Source: Candidatus Lindowbacteria bacterium RIFCSPLOWO2_12_FULL_62_27
GTDB lineage: Bacteria; Lindowbacteria; 2-12-FULL-62-27
Assembly (NCBI GenBank): GCA_001784175.1
Contig: MFPR01000028.1
Location: forward strand, 263,614 to 327,613
Reading direction: 5' to 3'
Length of the DNA: 64,000 bases
Shown: in pieces, positions 10,564 to 18,910 of the stretch
Layout: each line of letters opens with the position of its first letter
Numbering within the stretch: the first letter of the stretch is position 1
Position numbers and translations under genes: made by a program
Notes under the pieces: model-generated
Told to the model about the DNA's origin: nothing
Databases searched by the model: none
The model's input: the letters and a program-made list of their open reading frames with translations, nothing else

Positions 10564-11024
10564 CCTCTGATATCCGCGAAGAATCGGAAAGCGTGTCCGA
10601 GTCGGAGGTGGCGGACAGCACAGGCATGGATGACGCGCGGCTGGTGAAGAAACCTCTTTTATATAACGAAGAGGTCTTCGAAATTATAGGGGCTGCGATG
10701 GATGTCCATCGCGAGCTCAAGTCCGGATTTAAAGAAGAGGTCTACCAGGAAGCTCTGGAGATAGAAATGACCGACCGCGGCATCCCGCACGAGCCGCATA
10801 AGCTATTGCGGATTCGATATAAGAGTCGAACCTTGAAAAAAGAATATGCGCCCGATTTGGTCTGCCACGGCAAGATCATCGTTGAAATTAAGGCGCTCAG
10901 CAGGCTCAGCGGTACTGAAGAATCGCAGGTGTTGAATTATCTCAAGGTCTCAGGTCTAAGAGTCGGGTTGCTTGTGAACTTTGGCAGCATTGGGAGACTG
11001 GAATGGAAACGGTACATCAATTGA
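10560..11024 (+). CDS. GxxExxY family protein (PD-(D/E)xK-like)
   Basis: C-terminal 130 aa EEVFEIIGAAMDVHRELKSGFKEEVYQEALEIEM..YAPDLVCHGKIIVEIKA match the GxxExxY family. ORF-track start 10044 lies inside the giant gene. ATG at 10560 overlaps the giant-gene TGA (ATGA); alternative start ATG 10626. Confidence 0.7.
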   Translation: MTSDIREESESVSESEVADSTGMDDARLVKKPLLYNEEVFEIIGAAMDVHRELKSGFKEEVYQEALEIEMTDRGIPHEPHKLLRIRYKSRTLKKEYAPDLVCHGKIIVEIKALSRLSGTEESQVLNYLKVSGLRVGLLVNFGSIGRLEWKRYIN

Positions 11025-11067
11025 TGGAAAAACAAGAAAAAGAGATTCTTGACGGGGAATTCGTTTA

Positions 11068-11151
11068 TCCACGAAGGAGCACGAAGGAGCACGAAGGGGC
11101 AAAGGGATCAGGAGAGATGCTTCGTGTCAGCTTCGTGTCAGCTTCGTGGAT
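11068..11151. repeat. palindromic repeat-array element: 3x CACGAAGG (10-bp phase) - 22-nt spacer - 3x CTTCGTG (11-bp phase)
   Basis: tccacgaaggagcacgaaggagcacgaagg...cttcgtgtcagcttcgtgtcagcttcgtgga read directly; between GxxExxY gene and next gene. Confidence 0.85.
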
Positions 11152-12595
11152 AAAACGGTTTTCTGTTTGCCTGTCGGTTCAATTGGCTCTATGTTCGTAC
11201 CCCGCTTTTTCTCAGATGAGCCAGGAGGAACTCCGGCGCGAGCGGCAGGAGACGTATGAGGAGCTGCGGCGGACGCAGGATGTGTCCGGCGGGTCCAATT
11301 TCATCTGGCGAGGGCTGTCGAACGCGACCGGGTGGGAGGTCGATTATGGCGGGTGGTACGCGCCGCAGTACACCGGCGGGGACAACGGGACCGACCGGGA
11401 CAAGGGGACGCCCGACACGCTGGAGCACACGTGGGAGCATGACTGGCGGTTTTTCCTGCGGATCACGAGCGCCACGAAGAAGACCAATTTTTACGCGCGG
11501 CTCAAGACCACGATGACCTACAACAAGGCCAACACCCCCGCCGTCGACGCGAACGACTGGGCGCTGCCGACGTTCGACATGTTCTACATGGATTTCGTCC
11601 GGACCGGCCGGACCTTCAAGCACACGTGGACGTTCGGTCGGCAGTACGCGCAGGTCGAGCGCGGGATCGGGTTCGGCATGGTCGCGGACGGCCTCCGGTA
11701 CGAGATGGCGTCGCGGCGGAACGAGATGCAGATCTTTTTCATGCGCCAGCAGCCCGGGGACGACAACGTGGACGCGACCGCCGCCGGCTGGAGCACAGGG
11801 CGGACGAAGCGGTGGTTTTACGGGCTTGAGTGGAAGTGGAAGCTTCATCCAAAATTCCTCAACACGGGCCTGTCGGTGCTCGGCAACATCGACCAGAACT
11901 TCGAGCACGCCGACGGCGGCGGCCAGCGGCACCAGCTTGACTCGATCTATTACGGGCTGGGCCTTTCGGGGAACCTGACGGGGCGGATGAGTTACTGGAC
12001 GCAATATATTATGGAGAGCGGCAAGACCTACGAGAGCGGGACCTCGCGGAAGATCAATCTCGACGCCGATGCGCTGGACGCGGGGCTCCGGTATTTTTTC
12101 CCGACCGCGCTTGCGCCGACGCTGTACCTCGAATACGCCGCCGGCAGCGGCGACGGCGACGCTGCGGTCGGGACGTCGACCACGAACGGCAGCACAGCCG
12201 GCAAGGACGAGCGGTTCATCTCGTTCGGCGGGCTCTCGCTCGGTTATGCGATGGCGCCGCAGCTGATCAATCTGAAGGTGTGGAAATTCGGCGGGAGCGT
12301 CAAGCCGTTCGGCTGGAGCCGCAGCCGGCTGTGGCAGGAGCTGGTGGTGCAGCCGACGTATTACACATACAGCAAAGACAAGGCGGGTACCGCGGCGTTG
12401 CCGGTGCCGGTGCCGGACGTTGTGGCCACCAATCCGTCGAAGAAGCTGGGCAGCGAGCTCGACCTGACGGTTGCGTGGCGATTGGCGGGCGATCTCAAGT
12501 ACCAGTTCAAGTGGGGCCGGTTTCTGCCGGGCGCCGCGTATCCGACGCGGTCGGCGGAATCGTACGTGCGGCTGAAACTCTCGTTGGATCTGTGA
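11117..12595 (+). CDS. putative outer-membrane beta-barrel/porin-like protein (alginate-export-like?), W/Y/G-rich
   Basis: ORF 11003..12595. ATG at 11003 would translate the repeat element; ATG 11117 (GGAGAG just upstream) gives MLRVSFVSASWIKRFSVCLSVQLALCSYPAFSQ, a signal-peptide-like N-terminus. Composition with alternating aromatic/Gly residues typical of OM barrels; no specific family recognised. Confidence 0.45.
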   Translation: MLRVSFVSASWIKRFSVCLSVQLALCSYPAFSQMSQEELRRERQETYEELRRTQDVSGGSNFIWRGLSNATGWEVDYGGWYAPQYTGGDNGTDRDKGTPDTLEHTWEHDWRFFLRITSATKKTNFYARLKTTMTYNKANTPAVDANDWALPTFDMFYMDFVRTGRTFKHTWTFGRQYAQVERGIGFGMVADGLRYEMASRRNEMQIFFMRQQPGDDNVDATAAGWSTGRTKRWFYGLEWKWKLHPKFLNTGLSVLGNIDQNFEHADGGGQRHQLDSIYYGLGLSGNLTGRMSYWTQYIMESGKTYESGTSRKINLDADALDAGLRYFFPTALAPTLYLEYAAGSGDGDAAVGTSTTNGSTAGKDERFISFGGLSLGYAMAPQLINLKVWKFGGSVKPFGWSRSRLWQELVVQPTYYTYSKDKAGTAALPVPVPDVVATNPSKKLGSELDLTVAWRLAGDLKYQFKWGRFLPGAAYPTRSAESYVRLKLSLDL

Positions 12596-12642
12596 GGAGA
12601 ATATGAAGCGCAAGTGGTCAGAGCATGTGAAAAAATTATTTG

Positions 12643-12737
12643 TCCACGAAGGGACACGAAGGAACACGAAGAACCCCTTTTATAATTTATTGAATATCTT
12701 GGTACCCTTCGTGTCAGCTTCGTGTCCCTTCGTGGAT
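12643..12737. repeat. second palindromic repeat-array element: 3x CACGAAGG - 34-nt AT-rich spacer - 3x CTTCGTG
   Basis: tccacgaagggacacgaaggaacacgaag..ttttataatttattgaatatc..cttcgtgtcagcttcgtgtcccttcgtgga read directly. Confidence 0.85.
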
Positions 12738-12743
12738 AAGCGG

Positions 12744-13232
12744 ATGTGTCTAATTGTTTTTGCGTTCTGTTTCATGGCGCCCGCCGCGCATGCGCAATCG
12801 TCCATGGACTTTTACCGCGAACTTGCGCGCAAGCCTCAGGCGACGATTGGGGATGCCGTGCATGCCGTGGCGCGGGCCGAGGGGTATGCCGGGCCGGTAA
12901 ATTTGTGGGGGGAACTCGTGTGGCTGCACAAAGAGCGCGGGGTGACGTTCCGGCGGGACGTCGCGGCCCTCGAAAATGTGGCGCTCACGAAAGGCAACGC
13001 CGCGCACATGCTGATGAGCGCGCTGGGCGTGAAGGGCTGGGTGATGCAGCGGATTTTCAAGGGCAGCCAGCGATACGCGCTGCGCGAAGCCGTCTATCAG
13101 AAACTTCTGCCGGCCGAGAGCACCGTGCACCAGAAGATGTCGGGCAACGAGCTGCTCGGGTTTCTGTCGCGCGTGGTGGAGCACACAGAACGGCGCGGGA
13201 TCGCCGGGAGTTTGTTGAGGGACAGGGAGTGA
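12744..13232 (+). CDS. hypothetical secreted protein
   Basis: ORF 12603..13232. In-frame ATG 12744 directly after the repeat element gives classic signal peptide MCLIVFAFCFMAPAAHAQ. Stop TGA overlaps next start (TGATG). Confidence 0.55.
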   Translation: MCLIVFAFCFMAPAAHAQSSMDFYRELARKPQATIGDAVHAVARAEGYAGPVNLWGELVWLHKERGVTFRRDVAALENVALTKGNAAHMLMSALGVKGWVMQRIFKGSQRYALREAVYQKLLPAESTVHQKMSGNELLGFLSRVVEHTERRGIAGSLLRDRE

Positions 13233-14305
13233 TGGAGATGAGGAAGATGGACAGCGGCGGACGGATCGTCGCGGCATTGTTGTATTTGTCCATGCTCGCG
13301 CTCCGCGCCCAGAGCGCGGACATTCTGACCGGGAAGCTCGCGGACGTGGCGGGCGAGGTGGAGGTGCAGAAGCGGGGGTCAGCGTCGTGGACGCCGGCGC
13401 GCAGCGGGATGGCGGTGGGTCCGGGGGACCAGATCAACACGGGGCTGACCGGCAAGGCGAGTCTGGTGTTCACGAACAGCGTGACGGAGATCCAGCCGCT
13501 GACGCAGTTTGTGGTGGGCCGGGCGTTCGAGGACAAGTCGAGCGTGACGACCGAGCTGTTCTTGCAGGTGGGCAAGGTGGTGTCGAACGTCGATCCAAAG
13601 AGCGCGAAGGCCAACAAATTCACCGTGACGACGCCGACCGCCGTCGCCGGCGTCCGCGGCACGCGGCAGGAGTGCCGGTTCGACCGGGGTTTTGGCACGG
13701 AGGTCAAGATCAGCGAAGGCGCCGGGTACATGGCGCCGGTGCGCGCGGAGAAACTGCCGCCGGCGGTCCAGGCGATGCTGGGCATGGCGCCGGCCGGAGG
13801 CGGTCGCGAGGGCGGTGTGGGCAGGGGCGACGAGAAGGGCGGAAAGGGTGGCGAGAAGAAGGAGGCGCCGAAAACGGTGTCGGAGGCGGTCGCGGAATTC
13901 AACGCGTGGATCCAGCAGGCCGAGCAGAGCCTCGGCGCGCCGGGCGGCGGGGAAGCCGCGCCGATTTTGGACCCCCAGACGCTCGATTTTGTCGTGCCGA
14001 TCGCCGACGGCCTGTCGGCCACGATCCAGAGCGCGACGGATCCGAAGGGGATCACGGACGCGACCGCCGGGCTGGTCCAGTCGGTGGCGCCGTCGGTGTT
14101 GCCGGCGGGCACGAGCGCGGCGGAGGAGAAGGCGGCGCAGCAGAGCACGGAAGTTGTGGACGCGCCGGTGACCGTCACGGTCGTGGAGGCGAAGGAGGCG
14201 GTCAAGGCGGCGGTCAAGATACAGGAGACGACCACCCTGACGACGATCACGACGACCGTCACGCCGCCGAACCGGCCGGCGCTGGGGCAGGATCAGGGGA
14301 AGTGA
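13232..14305 (+). CDS. FecR-domain protein with signal peptide and Gly/Lys/Glu/Ala-rich C-terminal region
   Basis: In-frame ATG (MEMRKMDSGGRIVAALLYLSMLALRA) preceded by GGGAG. GEVEVQKRGSASWTPARSGMAVGPGDQINTGLTGKASLVF is FecR-like. Upstream part of ORF 12746..14305 overlaps the previous gene and is rejected. Confidence 0.7.
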   Translation: MEMRKMDSGGRIVAALLYLSMLALRAQSADILTGKLADVAGEVEVQKRGSASWTPARSGMAVGPGDQINTGLTGKASLVFTNSVTEIQPLTQFVVGRAFEDKSSVTTELFLQVGKVVSNVDPKSAKANKFTVTTPTAVAGVRGTRQECRFDRGFGTEVKISEGAGYMAPVRAEKLPPAVQAMLGMAPAGGGREGGVGRGDEKGGKGGEKKEAPKTVSEAVAEFNAWIQQAEQSLGAPGGGEAAPILDPQTLDFVVPIADGLSATIQSATDPKGITDATAGLVQSVAPSVLPAGTSAAEEKAAQQSTEVVDAPVTVTVVEAKEAVKAAVKIQETTTLTTITTTVTPPNRPALGQDQGK

Positions 14306-14396
14306 TTCATAAAAAAACATTTGCTTTTTGGGATTGCTTTTGGTACAGTTAACAAATTTGCTAGTCATTGTTTGTGAAAGGAGGTGAAGCGGTGCT

Positions 14397-14705
14397 ATGA
14401 AGAAGACAGCGATTTTCGCTATGGCAGTTGCACTGTGTTTTACGTTTACAGTTGGCGCATACGCCGCGGAGAACAACGCGATCGGCAAGCTGACGCGCGG
14501 CGTGATGAACGCCGGATTCGGCTGGGTTGAGTTTTTCGGCGCGTTGAAATCCGAGGGCGGCAGAGGGCTGGGAACCGGTATTGTCAATTCGGTGAAGCGG
14601 GAGCTGGTGGGAGCAGTCGAGATTGTGACGTTTCCGATCGGCGTTCCGAACGAGGATTTTTCTCCGTTGATCGAGCCGGAATCTCCGTTTGACTCGTGGA
14701 AGTGA
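14397..14705 (+). CDS. small secreted protein resembling the exosortase-system-associated TIGR04073 family
   Basis: RBS AAGGAGGTGA, signal peptide MKKTAIFAMAVALCFTFTVGAYA, motif GKLTRGVMNAGFGWVEF as recalled for TIGR04073 (KL-RG-xN-x3-GW-E). Confidence 0.6.
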   Translation: MKKTAIFAMAVALCFTFTVGAYAAENNAIGKLTRGVMNAGFGWVEFFGALKSEGGRGLGTGIVNSVKRELVGAVEIVTFPIGVPNEDFSPLIEPESPFDSWK

Positions 14706-14760
14706 CACAGTAGATTCGCGAATCGACTGTAATCGTCAGATCAAGATAGAACACGATCGA

Positions 14761-14790
14761 GGACACCCGATGAGGGTGTCCTTTTTTTTC
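14761..14790 (+). terminator. rho-independent terminator
   Basis: ggacaccc-gatga-gggtgtcc followed by tttttttt. Confidence 0.85.
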
Positions 14791-14797
14791 TGCTTCG

Positions 14798-15262
14798 CTA
14801 CTGCCGGAAGGCCATGCCCGGTTCTTCCTGGTGGGCAACGGCCGGGGCGGCTGCGAGTTCGGAGCGGATGCGGCGGCTCATCATGCGCAAAAGGCCCATG
14901 GAGATTTCCGGGTACTGCCCGAGGAGCGCCACGAACCGGTCGCGGTCGATCCTCAGAAACTTGCAGGGCGCCACCGCCTTGGCCGTGGCCGAGCGCGGTT
15001 CGTCATCGATGAGGGCCATTTCGCCGAAGGCCTCGAAGGTCGAGAGGGTCTTGACGGGCGTGCCGTCGGCGAGGACGATCTGGACGCCGCCTTCGATGAT
15101 CATGTACATGGAATCGCCGGGCTCGCCCTGATTGAAGACGATTTCTCCCTGATCCTCCTCCGTTTCCTCAACGATGTCGGCGATCAGCCGGAGTTCCTGG
15201 ATATTAAGCCCGGCGAAGAGGCTCACCTGTTTCAATAGTAAGATTCGTTCAAGGGTCAGCAT
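14798..15262 (-). CDS. cyclic nucleotide-binding domain protein (stand-alone cNMP effector domain, no HTH)
   Basis: IVFNQGEPGDSMYMIIEGGVQI..FGEMALIDDEPRSATAKA is the canonical cNMP-binding beta-roll/PBC. Confidence 0.85.
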   Translation of the reverse strand: MLTLERILLLKQVSLFAGLNIQELRLIADIVEETEEDQGEIVFNQGEPGDSMYMIIEGGVQIVLADGTPVKTLSTFEAFGEMALIDDEPRSATAKAVAPCKFLRIDRDRFVALLGQYPEISMGLLRMMSRRIRSELAAAPAVAHQEEPGMAFRQ

Positions 15263-18038
15263 GGGTTTTTAACCCCCCATCGGTTATTTGCACGGCCGCT
15301 GCGTGTTCGCGGACGAGCGCGGACGAGTGCGACCGCAGAGACGCGACGAGGTCGCGGCGGGCCGGGTCCGGGTTGTCCTTCCACACGTAGAGGATGGCCG
15401 AGATCATGTATTCGTAGGGCCGGGCGACGAGGTCCTCGAGGGTGCGGCCCACGTCAAAGTGGGCGTCCGGGACGTGCTTCAAAAACTCCCTGCGGGCCTC
15501 CACCATCGCGCCGTTCAGGACGGGCAGGAGGATGCCGGTCCAGGGTTTGAGGTCCCCCATATTTTCGAGCGCCTCCAGCGCGAGGGCGCGTTCGGCCGGC
15601 GCGCCGTGGACGGCGTTCCGGTAGACGCGCTGGAGGGTGAGCCGGTCGGAGAGAAATCCGAGCTCGATAAACACGAGCTTGCACGCGTCCCGCGCCTCCT
15701 GGTCGAACACGTAGTTCGTCACGTCGCGCGCGCGGTCGGTCCGGCAGAGTCCGAGAAGATGTTCGCGGAGGGTTTCGATTCGGATCCAGTGTTCGATCTC
15801 GCGTTTCAATATTCGGACCGCCTCCTCCGCCGGGAGCCTGCCGTCGATGCGCTGGGCGAGGGACACGACGCAGAGGTCGCGGATCGCAGGCTCGTCGGAA
15901 TGGATCTCCTGGAGCAGGAGGTCGGTCGGGTCCCATTTCGTATTTCGCGCGATGGCGGCGAGAAACCGGAGTTTGACGCGCCGGCGGCTCACCTCCTGCC
16001 GGTAGGCCAAAAGGATTGTGGTTCGGAGATGCTCGCCGCACGAGGCGAAATACCGCTGCACGTGTGGAAAGAGAATGTCGTCGCGGAGGGCGTCGACCAG
16101 CGCCGGGATGACGCGTTCGTCCTTGAAGGCCGTGAGGGAGCGGACGGCCGCCCGCGAGATTTTCGGATTGGCGTGTCGCGCCATCTCCAGGAGCGTGGGT
16201 AGAAAAGATTTGATGCGCAGCCGCCCGAGGATGGACGCGAGGAGTTCCAGCTCGCGGGGGTCCTCGCTTTTGGCCCAGCGCTTGAGCATCTCGGCAGTGG
16301 AAAGGATGCCGTCGAACCCGCCGATTTCCGCCTCGGTTTCGACCGCCTCCGCGACCACGCCGATGTCGGGATGCATGCGCAGAATTTCGAGCGCCATGAT
16401 CTGTTCCTCCGACCCGAGCCTCCGGAACCCCGCGAGCGCCTCGCGGACCACATCCGGGTGCGGATCGCCCAGGCGGTCCTCCAAGTGCGTCAGCATGTCG
16501 CGTCCGCCGATCTGCCCGATGGCGCGGCAGGCCATGCGCCGGACTTCGGGGTTGGCGTGTTCGAGGAGCGGCACACAGAGAGCAGCGGCGGGTTCGTATT
16601 TGATGAAAAGGAAATACTCGATCGCAAACGAGATGTCCTCCTGGTTGGCGGACTTGAGCCGCTGTTCCATTTCGCGGACCGTCGCCTCCGCGTTTTCGAT
16701 CGACAGCGCCGACAGGACGGGCACGCCGGCCTGCGGCGCGGCCTGGAGGTTGGAGACGACGGCCTTGAGATAATTCTTGCGGAGCAGGATCGTCGCGACG
16801 AACCAGACGGCGGCGAGTCCGAAGTTGCAAGCCGCGATCTGGGCCGGCTCCAGTTTCAATTCGACCAGCAGCAGCAAGGCCGCGCCGGCCAGACCCATCG
16901 AAAAGGGTTTGATGTAGCCTTCGACAAACGCCCGCGCCCGTCCGCGCTGAGCGGGCGGGATGGGGTTGAAGAGAAGCTGGTAGGCGACGTCGGTGGCCGT
17001 GTAGAGCAGCACATGATCGCCGAACTTGGTGACGCAGGCCGACGCGAACCCGAAGGAGACGATCATGCTGCCGATGGAGAAGAGGAGAAATGCGGGATGC
17101 AGCGTCATCGCCCCGGTCACACCGAGCTTGCGGATCGCCAGGGGCGTGAGGAATATCTGGAAGAGGAGGCAGCACGCGCCGGCCCAGCTTCGGAAAATTC
17201 CGAGGAAGGACGTCAGGGCGTCCTTGTCGGTCATGGCCACGCCGTTGACCTCCTTCGTGAAATTCGCGCGCGCGACTTGGCTGAACTGGTAGTCGATCAG
17301 GGTGAAGACGAGCCAGAGCGCAAGAATGAGGACGACCATGTTGACGAGGAGCGGCGTGCGCCGGACGTTCCGGAAGCCTTCGAGGAACTGCTGCCACTGG
17401 CTGAGCTTGGGCGCCTTGCGGGCCGCCTTGCCCGGCGGCGCCTTGGGGCGGTACCGCGCGAGGGCCGCGACGACGAGGAGTCCGGCGCCGAGGAGTACGG
17501 CCCACGCGATGAAGAGTTTTTCGGTGCCGAACGTTTTGACGAGCGGTTTGGCCACGAGCCCCGAGGTGATCATGCCGACGAGCCCGCCCATGCCGACGAG
17601 GGGAAAGATGCGTTTGGCCTGGACGGCGTCGAAGAAATCGGCGGCGAAGGTCCAGAACATCATGAGGGACATGAGCCACACCACCTGGATCAGCGAGTAG
17701 GTCGCCCAGTAAAACCACATCCATTCGGTCTTCAGGCCCAACACCACCGTGGCGAGCGTCGCGATGAACAGGATCAGGACCGCCCGCACGAATTTGAATC
17801 GGTCGAGCTTGTCGACAAACATCGCGTAGACCGCGGCTGACCCGATGGCGATGACGGCGTTGAGCATGTACGCGTAGGGCAGTGCGGCAAGGCCGACCTT
17901 GACGAGGAAGATCGAGTCGCGCGCGTTGCGTCCGAAGAAGATTCCGTTGACGAGGAGGAAGAAGAGGAGCGCGAGGAGGGACGTGCGCGCGAATTCGTCC
18001 TCGGAGAGTTTGAGTTTGGAGAGGAGGAAGGCTTTCAA
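15249..18038 (-). CDS. fusion protein: TLC (ATP/ADP translocase)-like/MFS-like transporter domain + C-terminal HEAT repeats
   Basis: 929 aa. N-terminus RTSLLALLFFLLVNGIFFGRNARDSIFLVKVG resembles the TLC-family signature, ~12 TM segments, C-terminal PBS-lyase/HEAT-like repeats (EVRRMACRAIGQIG.., PDVVREALAGFRRLG). Overlaps cNMP gene by 14 nt. Confidence 0.7.
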   Translation of the reverse strand: MKAFLLSKLKLSEDEFARTSLLALLFFLLVNGIFFGRNARDSIFLVKVGLAALPYAYMLNAVIAIGSAAVYAMFVDKLDRFKFVRAVLILFIATLATVVLGLKTEWMWFYWATYSLIQVVWLMSLMMFWTFAADFFDAVQAKRIFPLVGMGGLVGMITSGLVAKPLVKTFGTEKLFIAWAVLLGAGLLVVAALARYRPKAPPGKAARKAPKLSQWQQFLEGFRNVRRTPLLVNMVVLILALWLVFTLIDYQFSQVARANFTKEVNGVAMTDKDALTSFLGIFRSWAGACCLLFQIFLTPLAIRKLGVTGAMTLHPAFLLFSIGSMIVSFGFASACVTKFGDHVLLYTATDVAYQLLFNPIPPAQRGRARAFVEGYIKPFSMGLAGAALLLLVELKLEPAQIAACNFGLAAVWFVATILLRKNYLKAVVSNLQAAPQAGVPVLSALSIENAEATVREMEQRLKSANQEDISFAIEYFLFIKYEPAAALCVPLLEHANPEVRRMACRAIGQIGGRDMLTHLEDRLGDPHPDVVREALAGFRRLGSEEQIMALEILRMHPDIGVVAEAVETEAEIGGFDGILSTAEMLKRWAKSEDPRELELLASILGRLRIKSFLPTLLEMARHANPKISRAAVRSLTAFKDERVIPALVDALRDDILFPHVQRYFASCGEHLRTTILLAYRQEVSRRRVKLRFLAAIARNTKWDPTDLLLQEIHSDEPAIRDLCVVSLAQRIDGRLPAEEAVRILKREIEHWIRIETLREHLLGLCRTDRARDVTNYVFDQEARDACKLVFIELGFLSDRLTLQRVYRNAVHGAPAERALALEALENMGDLKPWTGILLPVLNGAMVEARREFLKHVPDAHFDVGRTLEDLVARPYEYMISAILYVWKDNPDPARRDLVASLRSHSSALVREHAAAVQITDGGLKTHADP

Positions 18039-18048
18039 CGCAATTGAA

Positions 18049-18876
18049 TCACCAGTAATCTTCAGTGAAGATATGTTCCGGCGCGGTCCAGCCTTGCGCA
18101 GTGATGGCGGCCTTGGCGTCCGCGATCATGTCGGGGTTGCCGCAGAGGAAGAAGGCGGTCTGTCCCTTGGGCATGCGCGCGACGAGCGCGTCGCGTGTCT
18201 GGTGGGCCGGCAGGACAGGATCGACCTTGCCCTGTTTCGGCAGGCCGAGGAGGAGCCGGAACGTATCGTTGACGCGGCCCTTGCCCATGGCCGGGCTCCA
18301 TCCGGCGTCGCCGTCGGGCCGGCTGACGGTGGGCAGGTAGACGAAATCAAGGTCGGCGTCGACTTCGCAGCCACGAAGCTCCTCCACGTATCCCATCTCC
18401 TTGCTGGTGCGGTTGCCGAACATGAGCGTGATGGTTTTTCCGCGTCCCTGCCCGGACGTCTTGAGGGTCCGGAGCATGCTGATGAAGGGCGCAAGTCCGG
18501 TGCCGGTGCACATGAACACCATGCGGGTGAGGGCTGTGCGAGAGAGAGTGAATTTGCCCTTCGGCCCCATGTACCAGACCTGCTCGCCGATTTTTTTCCG
18601 GAAGAGATGTGGCGTGAATTCGCCGCCGTCGACTTCGACGATATAGAACTCGACCGAGTCCTTGACGAGCGGCGAGGATGCGACCGAGTAGGGCCGCGGG
18701 ACGAACTTGACGCCGGCGGCCTGCTGGACGTCGTCGCCGATCGTGAGGTACTGCCCGGCCTCAAAATCGACGATGGGTCCATCGGTGGGCTTGAAATGAA
18801 AAACGGCGAGGCCCGGAAACCCGACCTCCTCCTTTTTCGTCAAGATCAGCGGCTTCATGCGGTCTTTCAGCGCCAT
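18049..18876 (-). CDS. fpr: ferredoxin-NADP+ reductase (FAD/NAD(P)-binding oxidoreductase)
   Basis: RPYSVASSP (RxYS FAD motif), MCTGTGLAPF NAD(P)-binding motif. Confidence 0.85.
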   Translation of the reverse strand: MALKDRMKPLILTKKEEVGFPGLAVFHFKPTDGPIVDFEAGQYLTIGDDVQQAAGVKFVPRPYSVASSPLVKDSVEFYIVEVDGGEFTPHLFRKKIGEQVWYMGPKGKFTLSRTALTRMVFMCTGTGLAPFISMLRTLKTSGQGRGKTITLMFGNRTSKEMGYVEELRGCEVDADLDFVYLPTVSRPDGDAGWSPAMGKGRVNDTFRLLLGLPKQGKVDPVLPAHQTRDALVARMPKGQTAFFLCGNPDMIADAKAAITAQGWTAPEHIFTEDYW

Positions 18877-18910
18877 GGATGAATTCCTTTATATGATTTC
18901 GGCGCGCAGG

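Noticed and set aside
11003-11116. ATG 11003 as start of the OMP-like gene, and ATG 12603 as start of the next gene
   Set aside because: These starts would translate through the palindromic repeat-array elements; downstream in-frame ATGs give clean signal peptides.
9745-12737. CACGAAGG repeats as a CRISPR array
   Set aside because: Repeat unit is 8 nt with 2-3-nt spacers and appears in inverted orientation; no 25-40-nt repeat/spacer periodicity and no cas genes.
14340-14365. sigma54-type promoter (TGGTAC..TTGCT) upstream of the TIGR04073-like gene
   Set aside because: GG-to-GC spacing is ~18 nt rather than the required 10.
15454-17724. 756-aa antisense ORF (and similar long ORFs 13057..14262-, 13379..14587-, 34280..35950+, 8665..9801-, 6676..7530-, 39548..40798-, 43611..44570-, 53985..55094-, 56276..57511+, 36731..38017+)
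   Set aside because: Arg/Pro/Gly-rich, no domain signatures, fully overlapped by well-supported genes; typical alternative-frame artefacts of high-GC DNA.
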